Positions 7,767-17,206 of a stretch of 40,523 bases of DNA are shown piece after piece; position 1 is the stretch's first letter, and each line of letters starts with the position of its first letter. This DNA comes from a virus (lineage: Duplodnaviria > Caudoviricetes). The stretch is taken from positions 1 through 40,523 of IMG/VR virus record IMGVR_UViG_3300048599_000201, one strand, 5' to 3'. The notes beneath the pieces were generated by a model. The model made no database searches and had not been told where the DNA came from. It saw nothing but the letters and a program-made list of their open reading frames with translations. The position numbers were made by a program, and so were the translations under genes.

Positions 7767-8068
7767 CGTCTGCTGAAGCCAACTACAAGACTCGAGGAGA
7801 CATTCTGAAGATCGTCCGCCGCTTTGGAGTGGACGGGATCTCCTACCAGGGAATCGAAAAGATCTTCTGGCAGGCAGGCCGTCTCGGCGTTGCCGCAGAG
7901 CTCGAGGAGAATCTCGCATACCTCGGCGACAAAGGCTACCTGAACCTGCGGCTGGCGAAGGACCCTATTTCCGGTGTGGAACGATGGCTCGCAACCATGA
8001 CGCCCAAGGGTATCGATCTCTTGGACGGCACGATTCCGTCCGATCCGGGGGTTAACGTTGTCTGCTGA
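7763..8068 (+). CDS. Mu gp26-like winged-helix protein
   Basis: RGDILKIV...LAYLGDKGYL...ATMTPKGIDLLDG...PGV pattern typical of the gene upstream of gp27 in Mu-like phages. Confidence 0.7.
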   Translation: MTSAEANYKTRGDILKIVRRFGVDGISYQGIEKIFWQAGRLGVAAELEENLAYLGDKGYLNLRLAKDPISGVERWLATMTPKGIDLLDGTIPSDPGVNVVC

Positions 8069-8648
8069 GCCTGAAATCCGCAGACCGAACCGGGCGCACG
8101 GAGCAATCGACAGGCTGCCCGACGAAATCCAGCTCCAAATCAAGGACTGGTATTTCGACAAGCTCACCCTGGACGACATAACGCAACAGCTCAATGAGAG
8201 GCTGGAAGCCGAGGGCATCGAGCAGACCATCAACCGCAACCAGGTGTGGAGGTGGATGCAGCGCCAACGCCAGGATCTGGAACGGATCGAGCGGGCCAGG
8301 ACAAAAGCTGAAGTGCTGACAAAGCATTTGGTGGGCGATTCCAAGGACGTGGGGGAAGCCGCGGAAGGATTGTGCAAAGCGATTCTCCTGGAAGCCCTGG
8401 CTGACGCAGACACCCTGAAAGCAACGGAAATTCTCGACGTGGCACGTATCGCCAACAGCCTGGGGCGTCTCGCCACCGGCAAAGTGGCACGGGAGAGATG
8501 GGAAATGGAGAAACGCAAGAAAATCGAGGCCGCAGTGCAGCAACTGAAAGAGGACGTTCGGGCACTGCTGGCCAACGAACCTGAGCTCACCACGAAACTC
8601 TTTGACGTTATCGACCGTGCCGCATCGGAAATGACGGAGCAATCGTGA
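8058..8648 (+). CDS. Mu gp27/DUF3486-like protein, putative terminase small subunit
   Basis: AIDRLPDEIQ...TLDDITQQL...INRNQVWRW HTH-like N-terminus and helical C-terminus; directly upstream of TerL; TTG start. Confidence 0.75.
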   Translation: MSAEPEIRRPNRAHGAIDRLPDEIQLQIKDWYFDKLTLDDITQQLNERLEAEGIEQTINRNQVWRWMQRQRQDLERIERARTKAEVLTKHLVGDSKDVGEAAEGLCKAILLEALADADTLKATEILDVARIANSLGRLATGKVARERWEMEKRKKIEAAVQQLKEDVRALLANEPELTTKLFDVIDRAASEMTEQS

Positions 8649-10333
8649 ACCTGAGAGAGCTATTACCAGCAACCGCCGAGAGTATGCGCCCCAAACAGGC
8701 GCTGCCGTTCCTCCCGTGGACGCAATCGGCCGAGTACACCATCGACGGGAACGTGTTCGATATCGAACAGGTGCCGTGGTTGCGGACTCCAGCTCAGGAC
8801 ACGTCTCGTGAAAAGGTGTTCCGGAAGGGATCGCAGGCTGCGGTCTCCAGCCTGTCACTCGGACTATCCATGCATGGGGCTGACCAGTTCGGCCAGCGGT
8901 GGATCTATTTTCTCCCGACCGATGACGAGATGGACGATTTCGTTGCCGACCGCGTGGAGAAAACGCTCTCTGAATCTGACTATCTGAGATCGCGGCTCGG
9001 TGGGACCGACAACCGAGGCCTCAAACATTTGGGTCCGGGGCTCATCTATTTCAGGGGCCTGTGGACGAAGCGCCGCGCGAAATCGGTCCCGGCTGACGGC
9101 CTCGTGTTTGACGAGATTGACGAGCACAAGCCGGAAAATATAGCGCTCGGTGAAGACCGGGTTCTCGCGAGTAAGTTTCAAAACAAGATCTACCTGTCAG
9201 TCCCTTCATTCAGCGGATACGGCATCGACAAGCTGTTTGCGGATTCTGACCAGCATTTCTTCCTGCACAAATGCTCGTCCTGCGGAAAATGGAATCATCT
9301 GGATGACGATTTCCCCGAGAATTTCATTCCGGTCGCTGCCAAAAACCGCAAGAGCTGGCCGGATGGAACAACGCATTACCGCGGCTGCCGTTGGTGCAAA
9401 GCAAAACTGGATGTGCGCCAGGGTGAATGGGTTCCCAAGCAGCGGGATAAACGCAGAAGAGGCTACCACGTTTCGCGGCTCTATACGCTGACGTTCCCTC
9501 CGGATTTCCCCAATGCAGCAACGTACCTCATGTGGGAATGCGAGGACTCTCAGGGCTCTCAGGAAAAGCTCAGCCGCTGGTTCATCTCGTTCCGCGCTCT
9601 CCCGTTCGACGGAGAAGGCGCACGCATAACCGACGATCTGCTCCTGTCGAAAGAACTCAAGAACGATACCGGCTTTTTTTATGACGGCAGCGGCACGGTG
9701 ATGGGCGTGGACCAGGGCAATCGCATCCACGTGAGCATTTACCTCCCCAGGCCGGGCAACCGCATGCAGCTCGTGTATTGCGAGGTCACGGAACGCTGGG
9801 GCCGCGTGAGCGATCTGTTTCGACGGCATGGGTGCTATCTCGGCGTATGCGACCGGGGCCCTGATATCCATTCGGCACGGAGATTCGCAGCGGAATTCAA
9901 GGGCAGAGTGTTTCTCCAATCATTTGGAAACGATGAAATGGAGGAAGTGGGCAACACTACACGACGGAGAGTCAAGGATGATCTGCACGACGGCCGCATC
10001 CCTGTGCCCTGGGTGACGGTGAACAAAGAGGCTACACTGGACGCAACCGTTGATTTCGTGGATACCGGCCATCTCATTCTGCCGAACCGAAAGCGCCTGA
10101 CCGGGGGAGACCTCAGAGAGTACGAAGAGTATCGCCTCAACCTCACCAACCTGAAGTGGAAATTTGAGGATACCCCATCAGGCCAGCGCCGCAAGACGTA
10201 TCTCCGCAACGAGAACCACCACGGCATGGGACTGAACAGCGCACGGATCGGGGCCTACGAGCTTGGCGTAAAACCGCCGCCTACCGGAGTGGGACCTGTG
10301 TTCCTGTCCTGGCATTCAGGAGGGAACGCATGA
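8645..10333 (+). CDS. terL: Terminase large subunit, GpA-type
   Basis: Deviant Walker A FRKGSQAAVS, YFLPT, Walker B LVFDEIDE, LSVP coupling motif, CxxC...CxxC, nuclease motif MGVDQG. Confidence 0.9.
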   Translation: MNLRELLPATAESMRPKQALPFLPWTQSAEYTIDGNVFDIEQVPWLRTPAQDTSREKVFRKGSQAAVSSLSLGLSMHGADQFGQRWIYFLPTDDEMDDFVADRVEKTLSESDYLRSRLGGTDNRGLKHLGPGLIYFRGLWTKRRAKSVPADGLVFDEIDEHKPENIALGEDRVLASKFQNKIYLSVPSFSGYGIDKLFADSDQHFFLHKCSSCGKWNHLDDDFPENFIPVAAKNRKSWPDGTTHYRGCRWCKAKLDVRQGEWVPKQRDKRRRGYHVSRLYTLTFPPDFPNAATYLMWECEDSQGSQEKLSRWFISFRALPFDGEGARITDDLLLSKELKNDTGFFYDGSGTVMGVDQGNRIHVSIYLPRPGNRMQLVYCEVTERWGRVSDLFRRHGCYLGVCDRGPDIHSARRFAAEFKGRVFLQSFGNDEMEEVGNTTRRRVKDDLHDGRIPVPWVTVNKEATLDATVDFVDTGHLILPNRKRLTGGDLREYEEYRLNLTNLKWKFEDTPSGQRRKTYLRNENHHGMGLNSARIGAYELGVKPPPTGVGPVFLSWHSGGNA

Positions 10334-12690
10334 GCTGGCTTGACCGCATATTCAATCGTGAGCCGAAAAAAGCGGCCACCGGCGTTACCGGGCGAATCTC
10401 TTCTGACGATGGGAGAGGTTCCATCGGATCGCTCACCCGGTATGAGGGAGACCTGAACCGGTTAGCGGCAAACTATCCGTTCGAGCTGTTCGAACTCATA
10501 GAAAACCTCTATCGATTCGACCCGAACTGCAAAAAGCATCTCCAGTCCACGTTGAGTCTCGGGAACCCCGGCCATGATCTCGTGATCGATGCGGCAACCG
10601 AAGCCCAGGCGAAAGAAGCGCTGCAGATTTGCAACGATCTCGCTGCAAGGTGTTTCCCGTTTGCGGGTGGCGGCGATGGCCTCGTGAACGCAATGCTGGG
10701 CCAGACTGCCCGTTTTGGCGCAACCGGCACGGAATGGGAGCCTGATGCCAAGCTGCAAATGATCGAGCGAGCATGGATCATCCCAATAAAAACCATTCGA
10801 TTCAGACGCAGACCTGACGGCTCAATCGAAATAGGCCAATTGCAGGACGGCAAGTTTATGCCGTTGAACCCGGTGCAAACGAGCTTTCATGCGGTCTGGA
10901 CTGAGGATTCCAGCCCCTATCCGGTTCCGCCCGTGCTGGCGTCGCTGCAGAGGCTCGGTTCCCACAAGCGCATCATGGCCTCAATCGAGAACTGGTTTTC
11001 CAAGCTGGCTGCAATGGGGTTCCTCAGCATCAAGTTCGACCGTCCCGAGCAGGAAATGGGAGAGACTGCGGCATCGTATCGCCAGCGCAGCCAGGTCATA
11101 GCCAACGATCTCGCCAAGTCAGTCAAAGAGAACCTCGATAGCGCGATTATCGTGGGCTTTGACGATATGGAAGCCACGTTCAACAACACGAATGCGGGAG
11201 CTGCCGGCGCAAAGCAAGTTGCGCAGATGATTGATGAGGATCTGTTCGCCGGACTGGGCAGAGACCCGGTGATGTTCGGACGTTCATTCTCCCGCACGGA
11301 GACCTGGTCCAAGGTCGCATTCGAAGAGCTTACCGCAGAAATCAAGAACATCCAGCAGGGTGCGAAACGGTCGTTCGAGCACGGTCATCGGCTGAACCTG
11401 GCGCTGCACGGATTCGGAGATATCGGCATCAGCATCCGGTTCAAACTCCCCCGATCGCTGGATGCATTCCGTGATGCCGAAGCGGAATTGATGCGGAATA
11501 ATGGGACCCGGGAAGATTTCAAGTCAGGGATTTGCGACCTGCCCGAGGCACGCAAGAAACTGGGTTACGAGGATCAAAAGGCCAAAAGCGGCGAGTTCAT
11601 AGCGTCCTTTTCTCAGAACACCTACACGCTCAAGAAGTTCAAAACCAAACAGTGGATCGGGTTCAACACCGCAGACCAGGGCCTGGCTCAATTCCTGGAA
11701 CACGTGGACAACAGCGCTCGTGAGGCTCGCAAGGCGGCTCGGGATTACGTGTATCAGATCCAGGGGCAGCTCTCGGATGCAGCGAAATTGGGCGTGGATG
11801 CCGTTTACGAATGGGCGAGTGTCCGTGAGATACCGGAAGTGGACACGTTCGTTGCGCAAGCTCTGCGGCTCTTCCTGAGCGGAGCCGAGGACACTCTGGA
11901 TGCTCGCACCCTGGAACGGATCGGCAGAGAGCATCTCGACAAGATCTGGACGTGGGCACGGTATGAGGACGATTCCGTGTTCGGTGGAGAATGGCAGCGA
12001 TCCGCACCGGGCAAGGCGGTCACCGGCACGTGGGACACCACGGCAATCGGTTACATGAGCCGTGTGGATCGGTTTTATACGAGCAAATACGTTTCCGGAG
12101 ACGACAGGACGAACCAGCAGATCACGGATTTCCTGCGGGAGCAATACCTCGAAAAGGGCCTCGGGCGGGGCAAATCACCGAAAGAGCTGGCTGCGTTCCG
12201 TGAGGAGTTCTCCGAGCTGGCTGAGAAAATCGGCGAACACCGTGCACGGGTGATCATCGATACCGGCGTGAGTCGTGCTCAGAACTGGGGCCAAATGCTG
12301 GCGCTCCATGACGAGCAGATCACCACATTCCGCATTGCAGGCCCGTGGGATCGGCTCACGTGTGACTGGTGCAACGCCATGAGAGGCAAGGAGTTCACGG
12401 TCAGCAAGGAAATCACGCGGATCGAGCGGGTCATTGAATCCGGCGATGAGGACATCTCCAAGTTCGACAAATTCATCACGAGCAGATTTGCAGGCCAGGA
12501 GGGACTCCGGATCCTGGAGACCATGGACGCTGCGGACGTGCAGGCAACCGGCATGGTGACCGCTCCGATACACCCGCTCTGCAGGCACAGGGTCGTGGCA
12601 GTGGTCAAGACTGCGTCGAACCGCATTTATCTGGCATTTTTTGAGCCGCCCAGCCTGGTGGGCGCATACGGATACGAGAGGGCAGCATGA
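10330..12690 (+). CDS. Portal protein fused to a Mu gpF/SPP1 gp7-like head morphogenesis domain
   Basis: Follows TerL; N-terminal ~440 aa portal-like; C-terminus has RARVIIDT, DRLTCDWCNAMRGKEF and APIHPLCRHRVVAV. Confidence 0.8.
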   Translation: MSWLDRIFNREPKKAATGVTGRISSDDGRGSIGSLTRYEGDLNRLAANYPFELFELIENLYRFDPNCKKHLQSTLSLGNPGHDLVIDAATEAQAKEALQICNDLAARCFPFAGGGDGLVNAMLGQTARFGATGTEWEPDAKLQMIERAWIIPIKTIRFRRRPDGSIEIGQLQDGKFMPLNPVQTSFHAVWTEDSSPYPVPPVLASLQRLGSHKRIMASIENWFSKLAAMGFLSIKFDRPEQEMGETAASYRQRSQVIANDLAKSVKENLDSAIIVGFDDMEATFNNTNAGAAGAKQVAQMIDEDLFAGLGRDPVMFGRSFSRTETWSKVAFEELTAEIKNIQQGAKRSFEHGHRLNLALHGFGDIGISIRFKLPRSLDAFRDAEAELMRNNGTREDFKSGICDLPEARKKLGYEDQKAKSGEFIASFSQNTYTLKKFKTKQWIGFNTADQGLAQFLEHVDNSAREARKAARDYVYQIQGQLSDAAKLGVDAVYEWASVREIPEVDTFVAQALRLFLSGAEDTLDARTLERIGREHLDKIWTWARYEDDSVFGGEWQRSAPGKAVTGTWDTTAIGYMSRVDRFYTSKYVSGDDRTNQQITDFLREQYLEKGLGRGKSPKELAAFREEFSELAEKIGEHRARVIIDTGVSRAQNWGQMLALHDEQITTFRIAGPWDRLTCDWCNAMRGKEFTVSKEITRIERVIESGDEDISKFDKFITSRFAGQEGLRILETMDAADVQATGMVTAPIHPLCRHRVVAVVKTASNRIYLAFFEPPSLVGAYGYERAA

Positions 12691-14081
12691 AAAAGAACCT
12701 GGTTCCACCGCCGCATCGAGTGGAGAACGGCAAGAAGCTCTTCAAACTGGAATGCCGTGTTGATTGCGAATTCAGGCAGAATTCGCAACAGAAGCCGCCA
12801 GTGAAGCCGGAGAATGAGGGAAGTGCAGCGCCGGACGGGACTGACGGCCCGGCAAATAATGAGGCCGACACAGGCGCATCGGTCCGGGAACCCCCGATTC
12901 GGACTGAAGGCGATTCGGTGGTTGTTTCCGACCGCGTGCTCAGTGCCATTGATACCTGGTCCTGCACGTATTTCGGCCCGCAGCTCATCAGGAACGGCCA
13001 CAACGATGCCTATGCGCTGCGCAAAATGGCGGGATTCATCGCTAACCGGAGGCGGCCCGTTCCTGTGCAATGGGATCACACAAATGCGATGCGGGAGAAG
13101 GCGGGCCGGCTGCGGAACGGTCGATGGGAGGATTCAAAGGATATCCCACCCGGAGTCAATGCAGACATCGTGATCAACCGCAATTTCGATTCGCGAGCGG
13201 CAATCGGCCTGGAAACCGGAGAGATCGACGCCACATCCGTGTCGTGGGCTCCGGATTTCGAGATGTCGCACCCGGACATGGATTTCAATCTGTTTATCCA
13301 AATGCAGGGCTCCGAGATTGACGGCAAGCTGGTGAGCTGGTGGCCCGTGGATCTGGACGAAGATGGCGTGATTCATCTCGCGCTAGTTGGGGCTGGAGCG
13401 GACCCGTTTTCCGGGCCGCGAGAGGAACAAACAGGGATAGAAAACGCGGCATCTGCCGCACAGCATACGCAACCGGAAGGAGGACGGGGGATGGAGGAAA
13501 AGCTTATCAACCTGGTCCTGGCCATATGCAATGCGCTGGGCGTGAACGTGGCGCTCATGGCCGGAAAGGACATCCCGGACTGGCTGGAAAAGAGCGTAAC
13601 GGACAAGGTGGGCGCTCTCAACGGCATCCAGGGACAATTCAACGAAATCGCTCAGAAACTGCAGACAGTCGGGAATTCCCTACTGAAAGAGGGAGAAACC
13701 TCGCTGACCGCAACGCAGGTCCTGGAGCGCTTACCTGAACGCATAGAAATGGCCAAGCACGGCGAAGCGTTCCTGGCCAGTCAGCAGAAAGAGGCACTTG
13801 CCTGGTTCGACAAGGCCCATGTGGATCCGGCCAATCCGCAGAACATGTCGGACGTGCAGAAACGCAACCGTGAGCGGCTCTCGAACTGCTCGGATCTGCA
13901 ACTGCTGGCCGACACTATAGCGGAGAACCGTGCAATCGCAGAAAAGCGTTTCGGTCCGATGGTGAATATGCGTTCCAGCCAGGGAGAGGAGATAGCGGGC
14001 GGGAATGTCGAAAATGCGTCCGCTGAAGTCCGGCGTGCAGCAGCCGCCGCAGAAACATGGAGATCCGGAGGTAAACGATAA
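12687..14081 (+). CDS. Prohead protease with C-terminal scaffold
   Basis: PVQWDH (His), ATSVSW (Ser), LALVGAGADP; helical C-terminal half; lies between portal and capsid genes. Confidence 0.75.
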   Translation: MKKNLVPPPHRVENGKKLFKLECRVDCEFRQNSQQKPPVKPENEGSAAPDGTDGPANNEADTGASVREPPIRTEGDSVVVSDRVLSAIDTWSCTYFGPQLIRNGHNDAYALRKMAGFIANRRRPVPVQWDHTNAMREKAGRLRNGRWEDSKDIPPGVNADIVINRNFDSRAAIGLETGEIDATSVSWAPDFEMSHPDMDFNLFIQMQGSEIDGKLVSWWPVDLDEDGVIHLALVGAGADPFSGPREEQTGIENAASAAQHTQPEGGRGMEEKLINLVLAICNALGVNVALMAGKDIPDWLEKSVTDKVGALNGIQGQFNEIAQKLQTVGNSLLKEGETSLTATQVLERLPERIEMAKHGEAFLASQQKEALAWFDKAHVDPANPQNMSDVQKRNRERLSNCSDLQLLADTIAENRAIAEKRFGPMVNMRSSQGEEIAGGNVENASAEVRRAAAAAETWRSGGKR

Positions 14082-15076
14082 TGGCGACACCTGCTCCACG
14101 GCCAAAGGCAGATACGCTGAACATCAGCTTCGACTATGACGTCGAGCCTGCAGAGAACGACCGGGTGGAAATCATAGCGAGCCGCAAGGTTCAGAAGATC
14201 TCCCTGATTGGCGGGCCGACAGAAGTCGGCGAGGTACTCAACGTCCGCAAGGCGCTCAAGGAATGCACGGTGCGGACCCCCTTTTCCATCAGCCGGCAGG
14301 ATCGTGTCGCCGGTGAGGATCTGGTCCCCGGCCCATTCGTATTCGGACCGGGCAACAAGCCGTATCAGTTCACGCCTGGCGCTCCGGCCGCAATCACGGC
14401 CAGCGTAGCGGGACCCTATGCAATCGTGCTCAACACGAACGACACCCTGAAAGTACGGGTTGGGAACGGAGCAATCCAGTCCTTCGCAATCACAGCAGGC
14501 GCTGCTTTGACTGCAGCCGCAATCGCTGCGGAAATCAATGAGACCGCAGTCGGGTTCGTTGCATCCGCTTCGACGGACGGCAAGCTCCGACTGACCGCTC
14601 TGGCTATCGGCGTTTCTCTGGAAATCGTGCAGGACACCGTGGAGATCGTCAGTTCCGCTGCAGGCCCGTACACCATCGTGGAGACCACGGGAGACGGCCT
14701 GGTCGTGAAGGTGGGCACCGGCAGCAACCAGACCTTTGCCTTTACCGCAGGGGCAGCCGTGGCGGCTGCAACCATCGCGGCAAAAATCAACGAAACCGCA
14801 ACAGGCTTCTCTGCTGGCGTGACGGCGGCACAAAAGCTGCGGCTTGTGGCTGCCAATCCCCGGACGGCGTTGGAGATCATAGCCAGCGGCAGCACAGCCG
14901 CAACGGCACTCGGGCTTACAGCGGGTGCGGTCACAACCGAGGACTGCTACACAACTGTGGGCCTTACTCCGGGCGTGGTTGACGGGACCTATCCGTCGCA
15001 CGAGTCGTCGCTGGTCGCAGGCCTGATCGTGGTCGGCGGTGCCAAAGACGCTGTTGTGGAAACCCTCGAGTACTAA
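14081..15076 (+). CDS. Capsid decoration protein with two nested inserted domains
   Basis: Between protease and capsid genes; Ala/Thr/Gly/Val-rich; duplicated GPY-x-IV...IAA-x-INETA-x-GF. Confidence 0.65.
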   Translation: MATPAPRPKADTLNISFDYDVEPAENDRVEIIASRKVQKISLIGGPTEVGEVLNVRKALKECTVRTPFSISRQDRVAGEDLVPGPFVFGPGNKPYQFTPGAPAAITASVAGPYAIVLNTNDTLKVRVGNGAIQSFAITAGAALTAAAIAAEINETAVGFVASASTDGKLRLTALAIGVSLEIVQDTVEIVSSAAGPYTIVETTGDGLVVKVGTGSNQTFAFTAGAAVAAATIAAKINETATGFSAGVTAAQKLRLVAANPRTALEIIASGSTAATALGLTAGAVTTEDCYTTVGLTPGVVDGTYPSHESSLVAGLIVVGGAKDAVVETLEY

Positions 15077-15116
15077 GCTCGGGCACTTCGAGATCTGAGA
15101 AGAGGAGACAAGATCC

Positions 15117-16238
15117 ATGCACGGTCTCAAGAATACGCTGCTGGAAAAGGTGATTCGGCCATACTGGAATTACCGGGGTGACGAAAAGAATCCCGGAAAA
15201 CCCACTACATTCCACAACTTTCTTAAAAAACGTCCGGACGGCGGAGAAGTCATCATGAACCGGGCCGGCAAGCCCGCGGACCTGCTTGACCTGCTGACGC
15301 TCGAAGGTATCGACCCGTACCACATGACCATCGGCAACGCTATCGGCCGCGAAGACGATTTCAAGTGGCTCATCGGTCCGTTCATCGAGGACGCTGTCTG
15401 GCAGGGTTACATCTCATCGGACGATAAACGCCCGGCGCTCTGGACCGTGCTGTGTTTCGCCATCGGTGTGCCTGCCCAGCAGGAAAGCATTATGCGTGTC
15501 AAATTGGGCTTCAAAGGGGCTCCGGCACCAACCGGTGAGCTGGAAAACCTCCCCACAACCACGCTCTCCCATTCGGACGAATCGCTCTCCTGGAAGAAGA
15601 CCGCCTGGATGCTCCAGATGAGTAACGAGCTGGTGCGGTTCGCTCCCTTGCCTGTTATCGAGCCCTGGTTTGCAGAAGCCGGACGGATTCAGCAGCACAG
15701 CAAGAACCTTGCAGTCGTGAAAGCCATCGTAAACGGCACGGTCCCGACCGGCAACGATGCCTGCCCGATCATCGGCGTGCTCGATACGGAAAAAGGACTC
15801 CAGTACATCGACCATCTCGATCCCTGGGGCGTTGGTGACGAGATCGGCGAGCAGTGGTTCACCATGCTCCACAATCGATCCATGTCCGTGACCATCGGTT
15901 CCATCGAGGAGTTCAAGCGTCGAGAGTCCGGCACGCCGAAGGTTGCGCTCAAGAACAGCCCGGAACCGGATGAAATGGACCGATACGTCTCGCCCGAGGT
16001 GCCCGACGATCAGGAAATCCTGGTTGACACGAGCCATTGCGTGCGTGAGCGGGTGTCGATTCCGTTCCACATCAAACAGGCGGAGAAACTGGAAAACTAC
16101 TCCCAGGCAGTGGCCTTCATAGAGAGCTACTGCTTCGAGAAGATCGGGGAAAAGAGCTGCATCGGTATCGATCAGACCCTGGACAGGGAAACTCACCCGA
16201 TCCCGGCATGGTTCGAGCTGGGCGAGAGCAGACCGTAA
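15117..16238 (+). CDS. Major capsid protein (HK97 fold expected)
   Basis: 373 aa, strong GAGGAG SD, position, pattern KKTAWMLQMSNELVR, followed by a REP hairpin. Confidence 0.8.
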   Translation: MHGLKNTLLEKVIRPYWNYRGDEKNPGKPTTFHNFLKKRPDGGEVIMNRAGKPADLLDLLTLEGIDPYHMTIGNAIGREDDFKWLIGPFIEDAVWQGYISSDDKRPALWTVLCFAIGVPAQQESIMRVKLGFKGAPAPTGELENLPTTTLSHSDESLSWKKTAWMLQMSNELVRFAPLPVIEPWFAEAGRIQQHSKNLAVVKAIVNGTVPTGNDACPIIGVLDTEKGLQYIDHLDPWGVGDEIGEQWFTMLHNRSMSVTIGSIEEFKRRESGTPKVALKNSPEPDEMDRYVSPEVPDDQEILVDTSHCVRERVSIPFHIKQAEKLENYSQAVAFIESYCFEKIGEKSCIGIDQTLDRETHPIPAWFELGESRP

Positions 16239-16248
16239 CGGCGATTGA

Positions 16249-16312
16249 TGTAGGGGCAGACTGGTGTGTCTGCCCTCCCGAAAGCGGGCGCACGCACGGG
16301 TGCGCCCCTACA
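16249..16312. repeat. GTAG-family REP doublet (REPIN-like), copy 2
   Basis: TGTAGGGGCAGAC..GTCTGCCC and GGGCGCAC..GTGCGCCCCTACA. Confidence 0.8.
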
Positions 16313-16330
16313 GCAGAAAGGCAAATCCCC

Positions 16331-16807
16331 ATGGAACAGTGGGTGAAACTACGGACCGGCGAAGGCCAGCATTATGACCGGCAGATCGGCCTGCATATCA
16401 GAGGAACGGAGATCAAGCCGCTCCCGGAGAATATCCCGGCAGGAAGTCTGACAGCTCAGCGGTTAGCTATAGGCGGTCTCGTGATCTGCGGCCCGCCTGA
16501 AGAAGAGATCGAGCTCATCGAGATCGAGGCCGAGGACTCGGACACCCCCGAGGCAGCGGAAGTCATCGAGGAACCGGGTGCACCGGTCCCCGATGCGGCT
16601 GCCGAACCGGAACCGGTGCCGGAACCCGGACCGGAGAGCAGAGAATCCTTTATCGACCGGACTGCAAAGCAGATCATCGACAAGTTCAGCATGAAAGAGC
16701 TGAAAGAAGCGTGCCAGCGCCACGGGATCGATGTTCCAAAAAGGCCCAAAGCCGAGACTCTGGCGAAGCTCGTCGCTCAGGCGGAGTGGGAATTACAGCA
16801 GGGGTAA
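16331..16807 (+). CDS. Head accessory protein with acidic Pro/Glu linker and C-terminal HeH/Rho-N-like motif
   Basis: GAAAGG SD before ATG 16331; SMKELKEACQRHGIDVPKRPKAETLAKLV. Confidence 0.65.
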   Translation: MEQWVKLRTGEGQHYDRQIGLHIRGTEIKPLPENIPAGSLTAQRLAIGGLVICGPPEEEIELIEIEAEDSDTPEAAEVIEEPGAPVPDAAAEPEPVPEPGPESRESFIDRTAKQIIDKFSMKELKEACQRHGIDVPKRPKAETLAKLVAQAEWELQQG

Positions 16808-16810
16808 CCG

Positions 16811-17206
16811 ATGGCCATTGATGCCGTGCAGCTTGTGAAAGACCAATTCGATCCGATCCTGGGTCTCGATCCGGGCCTTGAGGCGGCGATTCCCCGGCAG
16901 ATCGAGGCTCAGATCGCTCTCCAGGGTTGGACCGCTGCGGGCATCAGCGATCAGCGAGCGGTTTACATCTCGGTTCTGGCAACGCAGGCGCTCATTCCCA
17001 GGCTGCTCAACAAGTTTGCTCAGGAGATTAAACGAGCCAAAGGAGCTGACTCCGAAGCGGAATTCATGGATGCCATCGAGTTTCTGAAAGCACTCCAGAA
17101 GCAGCTTGAACAGCAGGTGAACCGTGCGGCTCGTGAGGCAGCTCCGGAAGACGAACAGGGCGAACGGATCTTGAGCCCGCCGCTCGTGGGTGTGAGGGGA
17201 ATATGA
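16811..17206 (+). CDS. Putative head-tail adaptor
   Basis: 131 aa, helical, position after the capsid genes. Confidence 0.55.
   Translation: MAIDAVQLVKDQFDPILGLDPGLEAAIPRQIEAQIALQGWTAAGISDQRAVYISVLATQALIPRLLNKFAQEIKRAKGADSEAEFMDAIEFLKALQKQLEQQVNRAAREAAPEDEQGERILSPPLVGVRGI

Noticed and set aside
7140-8858. Several 259-286-aa minus-strand ORFs
   Set aside because: Antisense to recognisable Mu-like genes; no motifs
13781-15130. 449-aa minus-strand ORF
   Set aside because: Antisense shadow of the scaffold and decoration genes; Cys/Arg-rich unnatural composition
16208-16330. N-terminal extension of the 16208..16807 ORF through the REP
   Set aside because: Overlaps the capsid gene; a better SD-linked ATG exists at 16331
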